From: an uncultured bacterium
Lineage (GTDB): Bacteria; Acidobacteriota; HRBIN11; JAKEFK01
NCBI GenBank assembly: GCA_963777505.1
Contig: CAVZQN010000011.1
Span: 1-64,000, forward strand
Reading direction: 5' to 3'
DNA length: 64,000 bases
The position numbers were made by a program, and so were the translations under genes. Positions 42,427 to 50,836 of this stretch are shown here, piece after piece; the first letter of the stretch is position 1; each line of letters starts with the position of its first letter. The notes under the pieces are model-generated. The model worked only from the letters and a program-made list of their open reading frames with translations. It did not search any database and was not told the DNA's origin.

Positions 42427-43616
42427 AAAATTTCCTCCCGTAATGTTCCTGCAACCGGCAAACGAATCGCAGCAGCAGCCGGATATAATCCTGCGAAAAA
42501 TCCAGTGATCAAAAGTGTGGCGAGCGCTTGCAAGACTGATGAAGGTTCAAAAACGAAAAAAGAAAAATCAGCCGGCAATCCTGGTGCCGATTTCAAAACA
42601 GAATCCAGATAAATCGCAGCAATTTTTCCAAGAACAAACCCAAGCACCGCAGAAGCCAGAGAAGTGAGCACTCCTTCTAACAAAACAGTGGTGAAAATCG
42701 TTTTGTGGCTGATACCTATTGCTCGAAGCAAGGCAACTTCACCAATGCGATCGTGAAAGGAAATTGTTGTGATTATGAAAACAAGAACAAATGTGACAAC
42801 CAGACTGATGCCGCCAAGAATATATGAGAATTGACGGAAGTATGAGAGTTGTCCTTCTAAAGCTTCAACAACGCCCTGAAGTGTGTAAGCACTTACCTGT
42901 GGGAAGTGTTTATTAATATCTTCCGCAGCTTTTTGGGCAGTGCGCGGATCTTTTAGTTTAATCATCATGATTGAAACACCGTCCGTTGCATCAGATCCAA
43001 GTACTTTTTGAAGGAACGGTAATTCGCAAGCAATCGTATACTGACGATCCGCATCCAACTCAAACTCAATGATTCCAACGACCACGCCATCGATGGTTCG
43101 ACGGTTTCCCAACGGCTGTTCCTGGCTTCCAATCCAGAGTGGAAGTGTATCGCCTGGTTGGATGCCGAATGCATTCGAAAGGTTTCGATTTACAAGTATC
43201 TCGTTCGATCCAGGTTTAATGTTTTTTCCGCTGACAGTGCGATATAAAACTGATCGACGGCTATCAATTCCTGCTGCAAAACTTGTAAATACTTCACCTT
43301 TAAAACTCGAGTTAACGGTAGTTCCAAGCATCCCATCGATTGATTCAGCAGAAATAATTTTTCCAATCGAGGATCGCAATGCAGTGAAATTCGGAATTTG
43401 TGCTTCCGTTTCAAATGGCACAGTTCCTCGAGGGCTGATACGCAATTCCCATCCCATTTTGGTAAGCACTCGCAGCAGCGAAATTTTCAACCCGCCGGAC
43501 AACAAAATCATATCCAGAAGCAAAGCTGCTGTGATTGAAACTCCCAAAATGTAAAGAAGATTTCGACCAGGATGACGAATTAGATTTCTGAACGCCAGAT
43601 AGAATGCAAATTTCAC
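42423..43616 (-). CDS. ABC transporter permease (MacB periplasmic core plus FtsX domain)
   Basis: LAFRNLIRHPGRN, TM1, periplasmic domain, DRIGEVALLRAIG, YPAAAAIRLP...LREE. GTG 43616 overlaps the previous stop (GTGA). Confidence 0.9.
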   Translation of the reverse strand: MKFAFYLAFRNLIRHPGRNLLYILGVSITAALLLDMILLSGGLKISLLRVLTKMGWELRISPRGTVPFETEAQIPNFTALRSSIGKIISAESIDGMLGTTVNSSFKGEVFTSFAAGIDSRRSVLYRTVSGKNIKPGSNEILVNRNLSNAFGIQPGDTLPLWIGSQEQPLGNRRTIDGVVVGIIEFELDADRQYTIACELPFLQKVLGSDATDGVSIMMIKLKDPRTAQKAAEDINKHFPQVSAYTLQGVVEALEGQLSYFRQFSYILGGISLVVTFVLVFIITTISFHDRIGEVALLRAIGISHKTIFTTVLLEGVLTSLASAVLGFVLGKIAAIYLDSVLKSAPGLPADFSFFVFEPSSVLQALATLLITGFFAGLYPAAAAIRLPVAGTLREEIL

Positions 43617-44447
43617 CGGCCAAGCTCCTGAAGCACTGCCAGATGGCGCAGACGGAACCATGAAAAAGTGCCCGCAATGATGCCAAGAAGAAAAGAGATG
43701 AATACGGCACGGATCAAAATACCGGAAGTTACTTCTGCAAAAATGAGTGTCGTCTGGTAATAATTCTGGTAATAAAAATTGACAAGCTTAGCGGAGATCG
43801 CTCCCATGCCGGCTCCCAAAAGGCTTGCGAAAAATGCAAAAAAGACGGCTTCCAGCATCAACGCCTTCAAGATCGTTTGTTTGGAGATTCCTGTTACAGT
43901 AAGGACAGCCAGGTTTTTGCGCTGATCTTCTACGCGCATAACCATCAATGCAAAAATGAATACCGCACCAGCGGTCATCGCAATCAAAGCGATCGCTTCA
44001 TGAAATTTGCTCACCACGACGAAAGTTGTGCTGCTGCGGTCCGCGAGCTCTTGAGCAGAGTATGCAGTGAAGCCTATCGCATCGGCATTTAGCCTGGCCA
44101 CAAGGTTAGCTGCATCTGTATTTTTTTTGATTTGAATTGAAATCAGATCAAGTTGATCGGTCTTTCCTGAAAGTTCTTCAAGATCGGAAAGATGCATCTT
44201 TACAAAATTCCGCTTTAAAGGAACTAATGCTGGATCAGCGGGTTCATCGTAGATTGCAACAACTTTATATAGCTGTAGCTTTTTCATGTCGCCGGTTGCG
44301 GAGATTTCAACAATATCGCCGGCACTCAATTGAAGTTTCTCGGCCATTCTACGATTGACAAGAATTTCAGGTTGGCCTTCTGATAATGCAGGAAAGATGA
44401 AGAAAAGAACTGCAATTAGCAATTTGTACAGCTGGATCTTGAAGCAT
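43613..44447 (-). CDS. N-terminally truncated FtsX-type permease with signal-peptide-like start
   Basis: KLLIAVLFFIFPALSEG then EILVNRRMAEKL (second half of the periplasmic domain) and three C-terminal TMs (DQRKNLAVLTVTG). Start uncertain: the open frame reaches 44500 but crosses a palindrome; ATG 44447 needs a 1-nt correction; TTG 44422 is in frame. Confidence 0.75.
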
Positions 44448-44449
44448 TT

Positions 44450-44472
44450 GTAACGCCGGCATCTTGCCGGCA
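44450..44472. repeat. REP-like palindrome
   Basis: GTAACGCCGGCATCTTGCCGGCA; related copy TGCCGGCCAGAGGCCAGCGTTAC at 57811-57833 in the opposite orientation. Confidence 0.65.
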
Positions 44473-44536
44473 AATTAATAAATAACTTCACAATATTCAA
44501 ATCGTAATAATATAGTGACTTTATATTTCTCGAGCT

Positions 44537-45679
44537 ATGTCAATCTTCTGGTACGTTCTGACGCTTTTTCTATTCATCGAAGGGATCATCACAACACTGA
44601 CTGCACTCCGATTCAGGAAATTCTTCCTGAGTCGTCTGAGTCACATCCCTGAAGATCTAAAAGAATTTCCAAGGGTTGGGTTGCTTGTCCCTTGCAAAGG
44701 TCTTGATGCGAATTTGAAGGTGAATGCTCAATCATGGCTCAATCAAAATTATCCAAACTATGAAGTCTTCGTTGTTGTTGAGTCTTCAACGGACCCGGCA
44801 GTCACAATCTTGAACGAACTTGGTTTCAAAGTTTTTGTGGCAGGCAAAGCTAAAGATTGTGGTCAAAAGGTTCATAACTTGCGTTATTTAATTGAACATC
44901 TTCCTGAAGAAGTCCAGGTTTTTGTCTTTGCCGATTCCGATGGAAGACTTCAGTCGGATTGGCTAGGATCCTTGATTCATGAATTGCTTCTGCATCGAGA
45001 AGATTCTGTAACCGGTTATCGCTGGTTTTTGCCCGGCGGCTCTCTATTTTCGCATTTCAGGGCCGTTTGGAATTCTGCAGTTTTAACACTGTTTAGCGAA
45101 TCCGGAAAAGGAAATTTTGCATGGGGTGGGGCTACCGCACTTTTTAGAAAGACTTTTTATGAAACGGATGTTCTTTCGCATTGGAATGGATCTTTGAGTG
45201 ACGATTTGAGTTTAACGCGTGCAATGTATTCTGCAGGTAAAAGAATCCATTTTGCTCCAAAAGCGATGGCGATCAGTGAAGATAATATTACTGCGAAGGA
45301 ATTTGTGTCCTGGATCGCACGACAATTGTTGATCACAAAGCTGTATCATCCAAAGCTTTGGGCAGCTACTTTTGCATATCATTTGATGTGGTTGAGCTGG
45401 ATGATTGTTGGCATCATTCTGATGCCATTTCAATTCGTTGCTGTTTTTTTGCTTCTGCAAGTGATTCAAGGTGTGAAAGCTGAAATAAGACTCGATTGTA
45501 TGAGGCGAATGCTTAAGAGTTCGCCTGGATCAAGGATTGCTGCCTGGTTGCTCAGCCCTGTGATCGGTTTGATTAACACTGCTGTGCTGATATCAAATTT
45601 GTTTTCGCGAACAGTTTCCTGGAGAGGAGTAGGCTATCGTGTAGAGGGGCCTAATAAGCTCACAATCTTGTGGCAATAG
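44537..45679 (+). CDS. Membrane glycosyltransferase, GT2/GT21 (ceramide glucosyltransferase/HpnI-like)
   Basis: N-terminal TM, PCKGLD, GQKVHNL, FADSD, TGYRW, AWGG, SDDL, WIARQ, WRGVGY. Confidence 0.85.
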   Translation: MSIFWYVLTLFLFIEGIITTLTALRFRKFFLSRLSHIPEDLKEFPRVGLLVPCKGLDANLKVNAQSWLNQNYPNYEVFVVVESSTDPAVTILNELGFKVFVAGKAKDCGQKVHNLRYLIEHLPEEVQVFVFADSDGRLQSDWLGSLIHELLLHREDSVTGYRWFLPGGSLFSHFRAVWNSAVLTLFSESGKGNFAWGGATALFRKTFYETDVLSHWNGSLSDDLSLTRAMYSAGKRIHFAPKAMAISEDNITAKEFVSWIARQLLITKLYHPKLWAATFAYHLMWLSWMIVGIILMPFQFVAVFLLLQVIQGVKAEIRLDCMRRMLKSSPGSRIAAWLLSPVIGLINTAVLISNLFSRTVSWRGVGYRVEGPNKLTILWQ

Positions 45680-45690
45680 TTCTCGATGTG

Positions 45691-45740
45691 GTAGGGGCGG
45701 CTCTTGTGGCCGCCCGGGAGACCACAAGGGTCTCCCCTAC
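45691..45740. repeat. REP-like doublet, GTAG/CTAC family
   Basis: GTAGGGGCGGCTCTTGTGGCCGCCC-GGGAGACCACAAGGGTCTCCCCTAC; close relative at 62802-62876. Confidence 0.85.
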
Positions 45741-45797
45741 GGTGTAATGATGTAATATAATCTGACGCGAAAATATAAGACTGAAGGGGTGTCAATA

Positions 45798-45962
45798 ATG
45801 GCTCGAATTCTAGCGAAAATTGGAGAAATTCGTGAGAAAACAGCGGCAGCAATGGAAGATGTTCCGGATACTCTAATTGGTACAATTATTTTTCTAACGG
45901 TTTTGACTCTGATCGCGCTCGGCATTTTGATGTTCCTTGGATACATGGCTACAAAGCCCTAA
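45798..45962 (+). CDS. 54-aa small single-pass membrane protein
   Basis: Below the ORF-track cutoff: MARILAKIGEIREKTAAAMEDVPDTLIGTIIFLTVLTLIALGILMFLGYMATKP*. GAAGGGG upstream; stop 2 nt before the next ATG. Confidence 0.7.
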   Translation: MARILAKIGEIREKTAAAMEDVPDTLIGTIIFLTVLTLIALGILMFLGYMATKP

Positions 45963-45964
45963 AA

Positions 45965-46621
45965 ATGAATGAAGATGTAATAGCTATATTCCCACTGCCA
46001 AACGTTGTCTTTTTCCCACAGACCATCCTCCCATTACACATCTTTGAACCGCGATACTGCGAAATGATTCGCGAAACAATCGAAAACAAACAACTCATTG
46101 GTATGTTTTTGCTTCAGGAAGGCTGGCAAGAAGATTATTATGGCAATCCTCCTATTCATCCGATTGGCTGTGCTGGCGAAATGATTCACATTGAGGCTTT
46201 ACCAGAAGGGAAATATGACATTGTGCTGCGTGGATTGTACCGGGTGCGCCCCCTTGAAGTGGTTCAAGAATTTCCCTATCGAAGGGCCAGAGTTGAAGTA
46301 CTTTCCGAAACGATCGACGAAGAAGAGGATAAAGTGGAACAATTGAAGCAAAAATTATTCGGGACATTCCAGAAACTTGCTTCTTTTGCTTCTCCCGACA
46401 TTCAACTTCCTGATTTGGAGAATTCCACGTGTGTTGAAATTGTGAACCAGATTTCGACCGATTTACCGATGGATCTCGAAGCGCGATACGAGCTACTTCG
46501 AATTGATGATGTATATGTTCGAGGAGAATTGGTCTACAACTTATTGAAAAAGCGCATTTCCGCCATGGATTGGACCTCCAGATTTTCCCACCTTCGCCCC
46601 GAAGATCCCAATAAGAATTGA
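45965..46621 (+). CDS. Stand-alone Lon N-terminal (substrate-binding) domain protein
   Basis: IFPLPNVVFFP...LPLHIFEPRY, IGCAG, G.YDIVLRG; no AAA+ or protease domain. Confidence 0.9.
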   Translation: MNEDVIAIFPLPNVVFFPQTILPLHIFEPRYCEMIRETIENKQLIGMFLLQEGWQEDYYGNPPIHPIGCAGEMIHIEALPEGKYDIVLRGLYRVRPLEVVQEFPYRRARVEVLSETIDEEEDKVEQLKQKLFGTFQKLASFASPDIQLPDLENSTCVEIVNQISTDLPMDLEARYELLRIDDVYVRGELVYNLLKKRISAMDWTSRFSHLRPEDPNKN

Positions 46622-46686
46622 AGATAGAGGATAGAAGATAGAGGATAGAGGAGCTCGCTATCTTCCATTCTCCATCCTCTATCCTC
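46620..46686. repeat. Heptamer tandem repeats forming an inverted hairpin (same family as 11541-11625)
   Basis: GAAGATA GAGGATA GAAGATA GAGGATA ... TATCTTC CATTCTC CATCCTC TATCCTC; starts inside the upstream stop codon. Confidence 0.9.
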
Positions 46687-46743
46687 TCCTCCTCCGCTAA
46701 GTCTTTTTTTCTCGTCGGGCGTTCCTATTTATGAAAGGAATGT

Positions 46744-46771
46744 GGAACAACAAGGGCAGACTGGTGTCTAA
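46744..46771 (+). promoter_or_regulatory. Putative ECF sigma autoregulatory promoter
   Basis: GGAAC-N17-GTCTAA, 18 nt upstream of the ECF sigma ATG; matches the sigmaE-type consensus. Confidence 0.7.
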
Positions 46772-46789
46772 TAAAGGTGGGGTAAAGGA

Positions 46790-47401
46790 ATGAGCAAGGC
46801 TGCGGCATTACCACTTCTCGCTCCTGAAGTTGCAGTAGACGCAACTTCTGCTGAGATGCAGGCTCGTTTCATTCTGGATCTTCAATCCGGCGATGAACGA
46901 GCATTTGAGCGTCTTGTTGCAGAATTTGAGCGTCCGATCGTTCGTTTTCTTTATCGCTATCTTGGCAATACTGAAGAAGCGAAAGAAGTTTGTCAGGATG
47001 TTTTCATAAAAATCTTCCGTGGCATCGGAAATTTTCAGAATCAGTGCTCTTTGAAAACATGGATTTACAGAATCACGTTGAATACTGTTCTGAATGAAAA
47101 ACGGAAATGGTATCAAAGATTTAAGGATCATTTTTTAGGTTTAGATGGGATCTCGCATACATATGCTGATTCAACGCCAGATCCTGAATTGTCGCTTACA
47201 TTGAATGAGCAAAGCCGGACAATTGGAATTGCTATGCGCAAATTGCGGCCGGATCATAGAGCAATTTTAGTATTAAGGGATCTTGAGGGATTTAGTTATC
47301 AGGAGATCGCAGAGAGTTTGAATCTGGCGCTTGGAACCGTGAAATCGCGGCTTGCAAGAGCGCGGCAGGAGATGAAAGATGCATTACAACAATATGTCTG
47401 A
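46790..47401 (+). CDS. ECF sigma-70 factor (RpoE/SigW-like)
   Basis: GDERAFERLV, EVCQDVFIK, LKTWIYRI, LRDLEGFSYQEIA, GTVKSRLARAR. Confidence 0.95.
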   Translation: MSKAAALPLLAPEVAVDATSAEMQARFILDLQSGDERAFERLVAEFERPIVRFLYRYLGNTEEAKEVCQDVFIKIFRGIGNFQNQCSLKTWIYRITLNTVLNEKRKWYQRFKDHFLGLDGISHTYADSTPDPELSLTLNEQSRTIGIAMRKLRPDHRAILVLRDLEGFSYQEIAESLNLALGTVKSRLARARQEMKDALQQYV

Positions 47402-47801
47402 GTGCAACTCAGTGCGTAAGCGCTTATCAGAATATATTGATGCTGAATTATCGCAGGAACAACGTTTACGCGTAATGAACCATCTAAGTTCATGCGAACC
47501 CTGCAGCAAGGAACTCGATTTTCTTTGCAAAAGCATTTCACTCTTTTCTCAATATGATTCTGAGCAGATGCCTGAAGCAATCAGGACATTTCATTTACCT
47601 CGATCTGCTTTTGTTGAAGTTTTTCCAAGCATTCGTGAAGAAAAACCAACAATCACATCAGGCATTTTAGTCCCGTATCTTTCAGCCTGTGTTCTGTTCT
47701 TCGTGATCCTCACCGCTACAATTACATTTCAACACCATTTTCTGCCTTCTGCTGAACCCCAATACAACGCGTCTAACTTCGTTCAAGTGTTCGGGGAATA
47801 A
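47394..47801 (+). CDS. Zinc-finger (ZAS/zf-HC2) membrane anti-sigma factor
   Basis: C...RKRLSEYIDAEL...HLSSCEPC (HxxxCxxC), one TM near the C-terminus; overlaps the sigma stop. Confidence 0.88.
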   Translation: MSECNSVRKRLSEYIDAELSQEQRLRVMNHLSSCEPCSKELDFLCKSISLFSQYDSEQMPEAIRTFHLPRSAFVEVFPSIREEKPTITSGILVPYLSACVLFFVILTATITFQHHFLPSAEPQYNASNFVQVFGE

Positions 47802-47802
47802 C

Positions 47803-47853
47803 GGAGCGCAGGCATCCTTGCCTGCATTATGGGCCGCGGACTTCCAGTCCGCA
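47803..47853. repeat. REP-like palindrome pair, GGAGCGC/GGGCCGCGGAC family
   Basis: GGAGCGCAGGCATCCTTGCCTGCA and GGGCCGCGGACTTCCAGTCCGCA. Confidence 0.75.
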
Positions 47854-47959
47854 ATTCGGAAAGATTTTTTAAACGCCGAGTACGCAGAATCTTTATTAAT
47901 CTTTTTAGTTTTTTTGCATTTACGCGATGTTTGAAGACGGGCTAACTAGAAACTTTCCA

Positions 47960-48091
47960 ATGTTGCTCATATACAATCAAATAGCACGCGAATTTCTGGT
48001 CGTGTGGAGCTACAACTATGCTGCAGTTGATGGCGCAACGGAAATTCATGGACGGCGTATCAAAGCGGTTCCAACTGGCACTTGTCAATGA
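47960..48091 (+). pseudogene. Probable 3' remnant of a beta-propeller-type repeat protein gene
   Basis: MLLIYNQIAREFLVVWSYNYAAVDGATEIHGRRIKAVPTGTCQ* resembles a YN....EFLVVW....I.GRRI blade; no upstream part; lies between two motif copies. Confidence 0.4.
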
Positions 48092-48121
48092 CTCCGACCG
48101 CAGAGGACGCTGAGGTTTATT

Positions 48122-48361
48122 TCAACTTCTTTGAATAATACGGTTCAGCTTCTGCTCATCGACGCGATGTTTGAAGATCTTGCGCTCATTCAGGAAAACT
48201 ACAGGAATATCGTTGCAATATTCTGCAAATAATTCAGGATCGGTTTCAATATTTACAATCTGAATTTCTGCTTGAAGATCTTTCGTCGCTTTCAGAATTA
48301 CCTCTTTCGCTTCATCACACAGGTGGCATCCAGGTTTCGATAAGATTTTGAATTGCAGCAC
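48122..48361 (-). CDS. Glutaredoxin-like protein (DUF836)
   Basis: SKPGCHLCDEA, DIPVV, FKHRVD. Confidence 0.88.
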   Translation of the reverse strand: MLQFKILSKPGCHLCDEAKEVILKATKDLQAEIQIVNIETDPELFAEYCNDIPVVFLNERKIFKHRVDEQKLNRIIQRS

Positions 48362-48373
48362 AAATTTGCTCCG

Positions 48374-48826
48374 TTAGGATTCAGGCGATTCTACTGGCGG
48401 CCATGATCGTTTGCTGTCATCCATAGGGCTCTCCAACCCGATATGATTGCCTTCAGGGTCAGCCACGATGGCATAACGCGACCCCCAAAATGCATCATAA
48501 GGTTGTTGCAAGCCTGTAAAACCTGCATTGATCAGTCTTGTGTAGGTCTCATCGACTTCGTCTCTGGAAGGAAGAAAAGCGGTGAGCAAAACAGAACTTT
48601 TGTGTGAATCTTTTCGCCATGCAGCATTGTAAATACGCGCCAATGACTCATTATCAATTGCGAATTGCGAACCCTCAGGATTTTCGGCTGGCGCATGCAA
48701 ACATCCTGGGGGCTGAGTTTTTGGTTCGGGAATATCAAGCCCTAGGAGCCGATAAAATTTGAGTGTCTCATTGAAGTTCTTTGCAACGATGTTAATTTTT
48801 GCGAGCACAGGTTTTTTATTCATCAC
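48374..48826 (-). CDS. VOC/glyoxalase-family protein
   Basis: INIV......LKFYRLLG, PYDAFWGSRYAIVADPEGN. Confidence 0.9.
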   Translation of the reverse strand: MMNKKPVLAKINIVAKNFNETLKFYRLLGLDIPEPKTQPPGCLHAPAENPEGSQFAIDNESLARIYNAAWRKDSHKSSVLLTAFLPSRDEVDETYTRLINAGFTGLQQPYDAFWGSRYAIVADPEGNHIGLESPMDDSKRSWPPVESPES

Positions 48827-49602
48827 ACAGATTTGCCTAGGACTTGTTGAAGCTTGTCGCGGTAGCTGCGGCTCAACATCAGTTGAGTACCGTCTTTTAG
48901 AATGATGCGATATTCTCCATGAAACCAGGGTTGAAGTTCATGAATGCGATCAAGATTGACAATAGTCGATCGGTGAACTCGTAAAAACTTTTTGGCATTT
49001 AGCTGCGTTTCAAGAGAGCTGATCGGTTCGCGCAAAAGATGAGATTCTTTTCCAACGTGAATTCGGACGTAATTTCCTTCCGCTTCAACCCAGTCAATAT
49101 CAACCGTTTTCAAAAAATGGATCCGTCCCGTATTTTTGATTACAAGACGGTCGACATATCGATTGGATTCTTGCAATTCATCGAGAAGTGCAAGAATGCC
49201 CGCATTCACCTGGTTATTCTGATCGCGACGAACCTGCGATTTCGCACGCTTTAATGCCGTTCCGAATCTCTCCCGATCAAACGGCTTGAGAAGGTAATCC
49301 AGCGCATAAACTTCAAATGCTTTCAAAGCATATTGATCATGTGCAGTAACAAAAATGACATGTGGAAGCTTTTCTTGTGGGATTGCTTTTAAAACATCAA
49401 AGCCATCCATCTGAGGCATTTGTATGTCAAGAAATAGAAGATCAGGAGTTAATTTTTCTATTGCTGTAACTGCTTTGGATCCGGAAGCACATTCAGCAAC
49501 AACTTCGATTGAAGAATCATCTTTGAGCATGTCGCGGATTTTTTCACGCGCAAGCGGTTCATCATCAACAATGATTACTTTAATTCGCGGTAGAGCATTC
49601 AT
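48823..49602 (-). CDS. LytTR-family DNA-binding response regulator
   Basis: IVDDEPLAR, LDIQMP, FVTAHD, DYLLKP, EAEGNYV, FLRVHRS.IVN, LSRSY. Confidence 0.96.
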   Translation of the reverse strand: MNALPRIKVIIVDDEPLAREKIRDMLKDDSSIEVVAECASGSKAVTAIEKLTPDLLFLDIQMPQMDGFDVLKAIPQEKLPHVIFVTAHDQYALKAFEVYALDYLLKPFDRERFGTALKRAKSQVRRDQNNQVNAGILALLDELQESNRYVDRLVIKNTGRIHFLKTVDIDWVEAEGNYVRIHVGKESHLLREPISSLETQLNAKKFLRVHRSTIVNLDRIHELQPWFHGEYRIILKDGTQLMLSRSYRDKLQQVLGKSV

Positions 49603-50735
49603 ACTGATATCCTGGTCGCAGCAAGTTCTATCTGCAACGGAATTCTAAGTCTAACTTCCAGTCCACCACCAGTGGCATCTGCAAGTTCAAATTTGTATCG
49701 AGTACCATAAAGCTGATCCAATCTGGAGCGAGTATTCTTGAGACCAACCCCTTCTTTAATGTCAGCATCGCCATTGTTTTTTCTTGGCAAACCGGGTCCG
49801 TTATCACTGATGCGGACTTCAAGCCAACTGTCGTTTGAGTTGGCTGTAATTTCGATACGTCCAGCTTCGTTATGCGTTGCGATACCGTGACGGATTGCAT
49901 TTTCTACTACGGGCTGAAGAATTAAATTTGGAACCTTTGCCTGTGACACATCAGGATCAATATTGAATTCAACAGTCAGGCGATCTTGAAAGCGGATTCG
50001 CTCAATGTCTAAATAGCATTTCAAAAATTCTATCTCTTGTCCCATTGTTACTTCTTGTGTTCCGGCACTTCGCAATGTCAGCCTTAAAAAATCTCCCAGA
50101 CTCGCGATCATCTTATCGGCAGTGTCAGGGTTCTTTCGCAATAATGCTGAAATTGAATTCAATGTATTAAACAGGAAATGTGGATGCAACTGCATTTTCA
50201 ATGCCTGCAGTTGTGCTTGAGCCAGCTGAGTTTCAAGTTGCGAGGTGCGAATCGCTCCTTGCTGGTATCTTTGATAAAAATCTGCTGCATAAGCAAACGC
50301 AGCAAGCATTAAATAACTCCAGAGTCGGATCCCGAAGTTGAGTCGTGAAACCAACGTAAAGAAACTGTTCAGTGACTCTGAATGCTCCATCAAGTCTTTT
50401 TCCCGAAAAACTGCCAAAACAAGAAGATAAATCATGAGATGAACTAACGAAAATATGATGGCGCCTGGAATGTGAATAAGAACACCTTTGATCCAGCGTT
50501 CACGATCGAGAGGTACATGCTGAATAAATCGGAAAATCAGGGGAGCTAAAAGTCCCCAGATCATCCAGAAGGGAATTTGTTCGATGAATGAATCCTGCAA
50601 GGTAAGCGGGTAGCCTTTTTGATTGGCATAAATAAATCCTTGAACAGCAAACGTAACGCCAATTAGAAAACAAACTGCAAGAATTAAGCCCCAGCGGCTA
50701 AGCGAAAGTTTGCCCTTTGTATCAATCGAATTCAT
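49599..50735 (-). CDS. LytS/AlgZ-type sensor histidine kinase
   Basis: Four TMs, QLHPHFLFNTLN, YLDIERIRF, QPVVENAIRHG, GVGLKN; start at ATG 50735. Confidence 0.95.
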   Translation of the reverse strand: MNSIDTKGKLSLSRWGLILAVCFLIGVTFAVQGFIYANQKGYPLTLQDSFIEQIPFWMIWGLLAPLIFRFIQHVPLDRERWIKGVLIHIPGAIIFSLVHLMIYLLVLAVFREKDLMEHSESLNSFFTLVSRLNFGIRLWSYLMLAAFAYAADFYQRYQQGAIRTSQLETQLAQAQLQALKMQLHPHFLFNTLNSISALLRKNPDTADKMIASLGDFLRLTLRSAGTQEVTMGQEIEFLKCYLDIERIRFQDRLTVEFNIDPDVSQAKVPNLILQPVVENAIRHGIATHNEAGRIEITANSNDSWLEVRISDNGPGLPRKNNGDADIKEGVGLKNTRSRLDQLYGTRYKFELADATGGGLEVRLRIPLQIELAATRISV

Positions 50736-50777
50736 GGTTTTTAGTATAGCTTGATTCAAACTGCCTGGGGTTTAATA

Positions 50778-50806
50778 GGGACGAAGCGCTTGAATTATGG
50801 GACGAA
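50778..50806 (-). promoter_or_regulatory. Putative LytTR binding site (direct repeat TTCGTCCC-N13-TTCGTCCC)
   Basis: Two perfect 8-mers 21 bp apart, upstream of a TATACT -10 box (50743-50748) and the kinase ATG. Confidence 0.7.
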
Positions 50807-50836
50807 TGTTAAACCGCAAAGGCGCGAAGAAATGCT

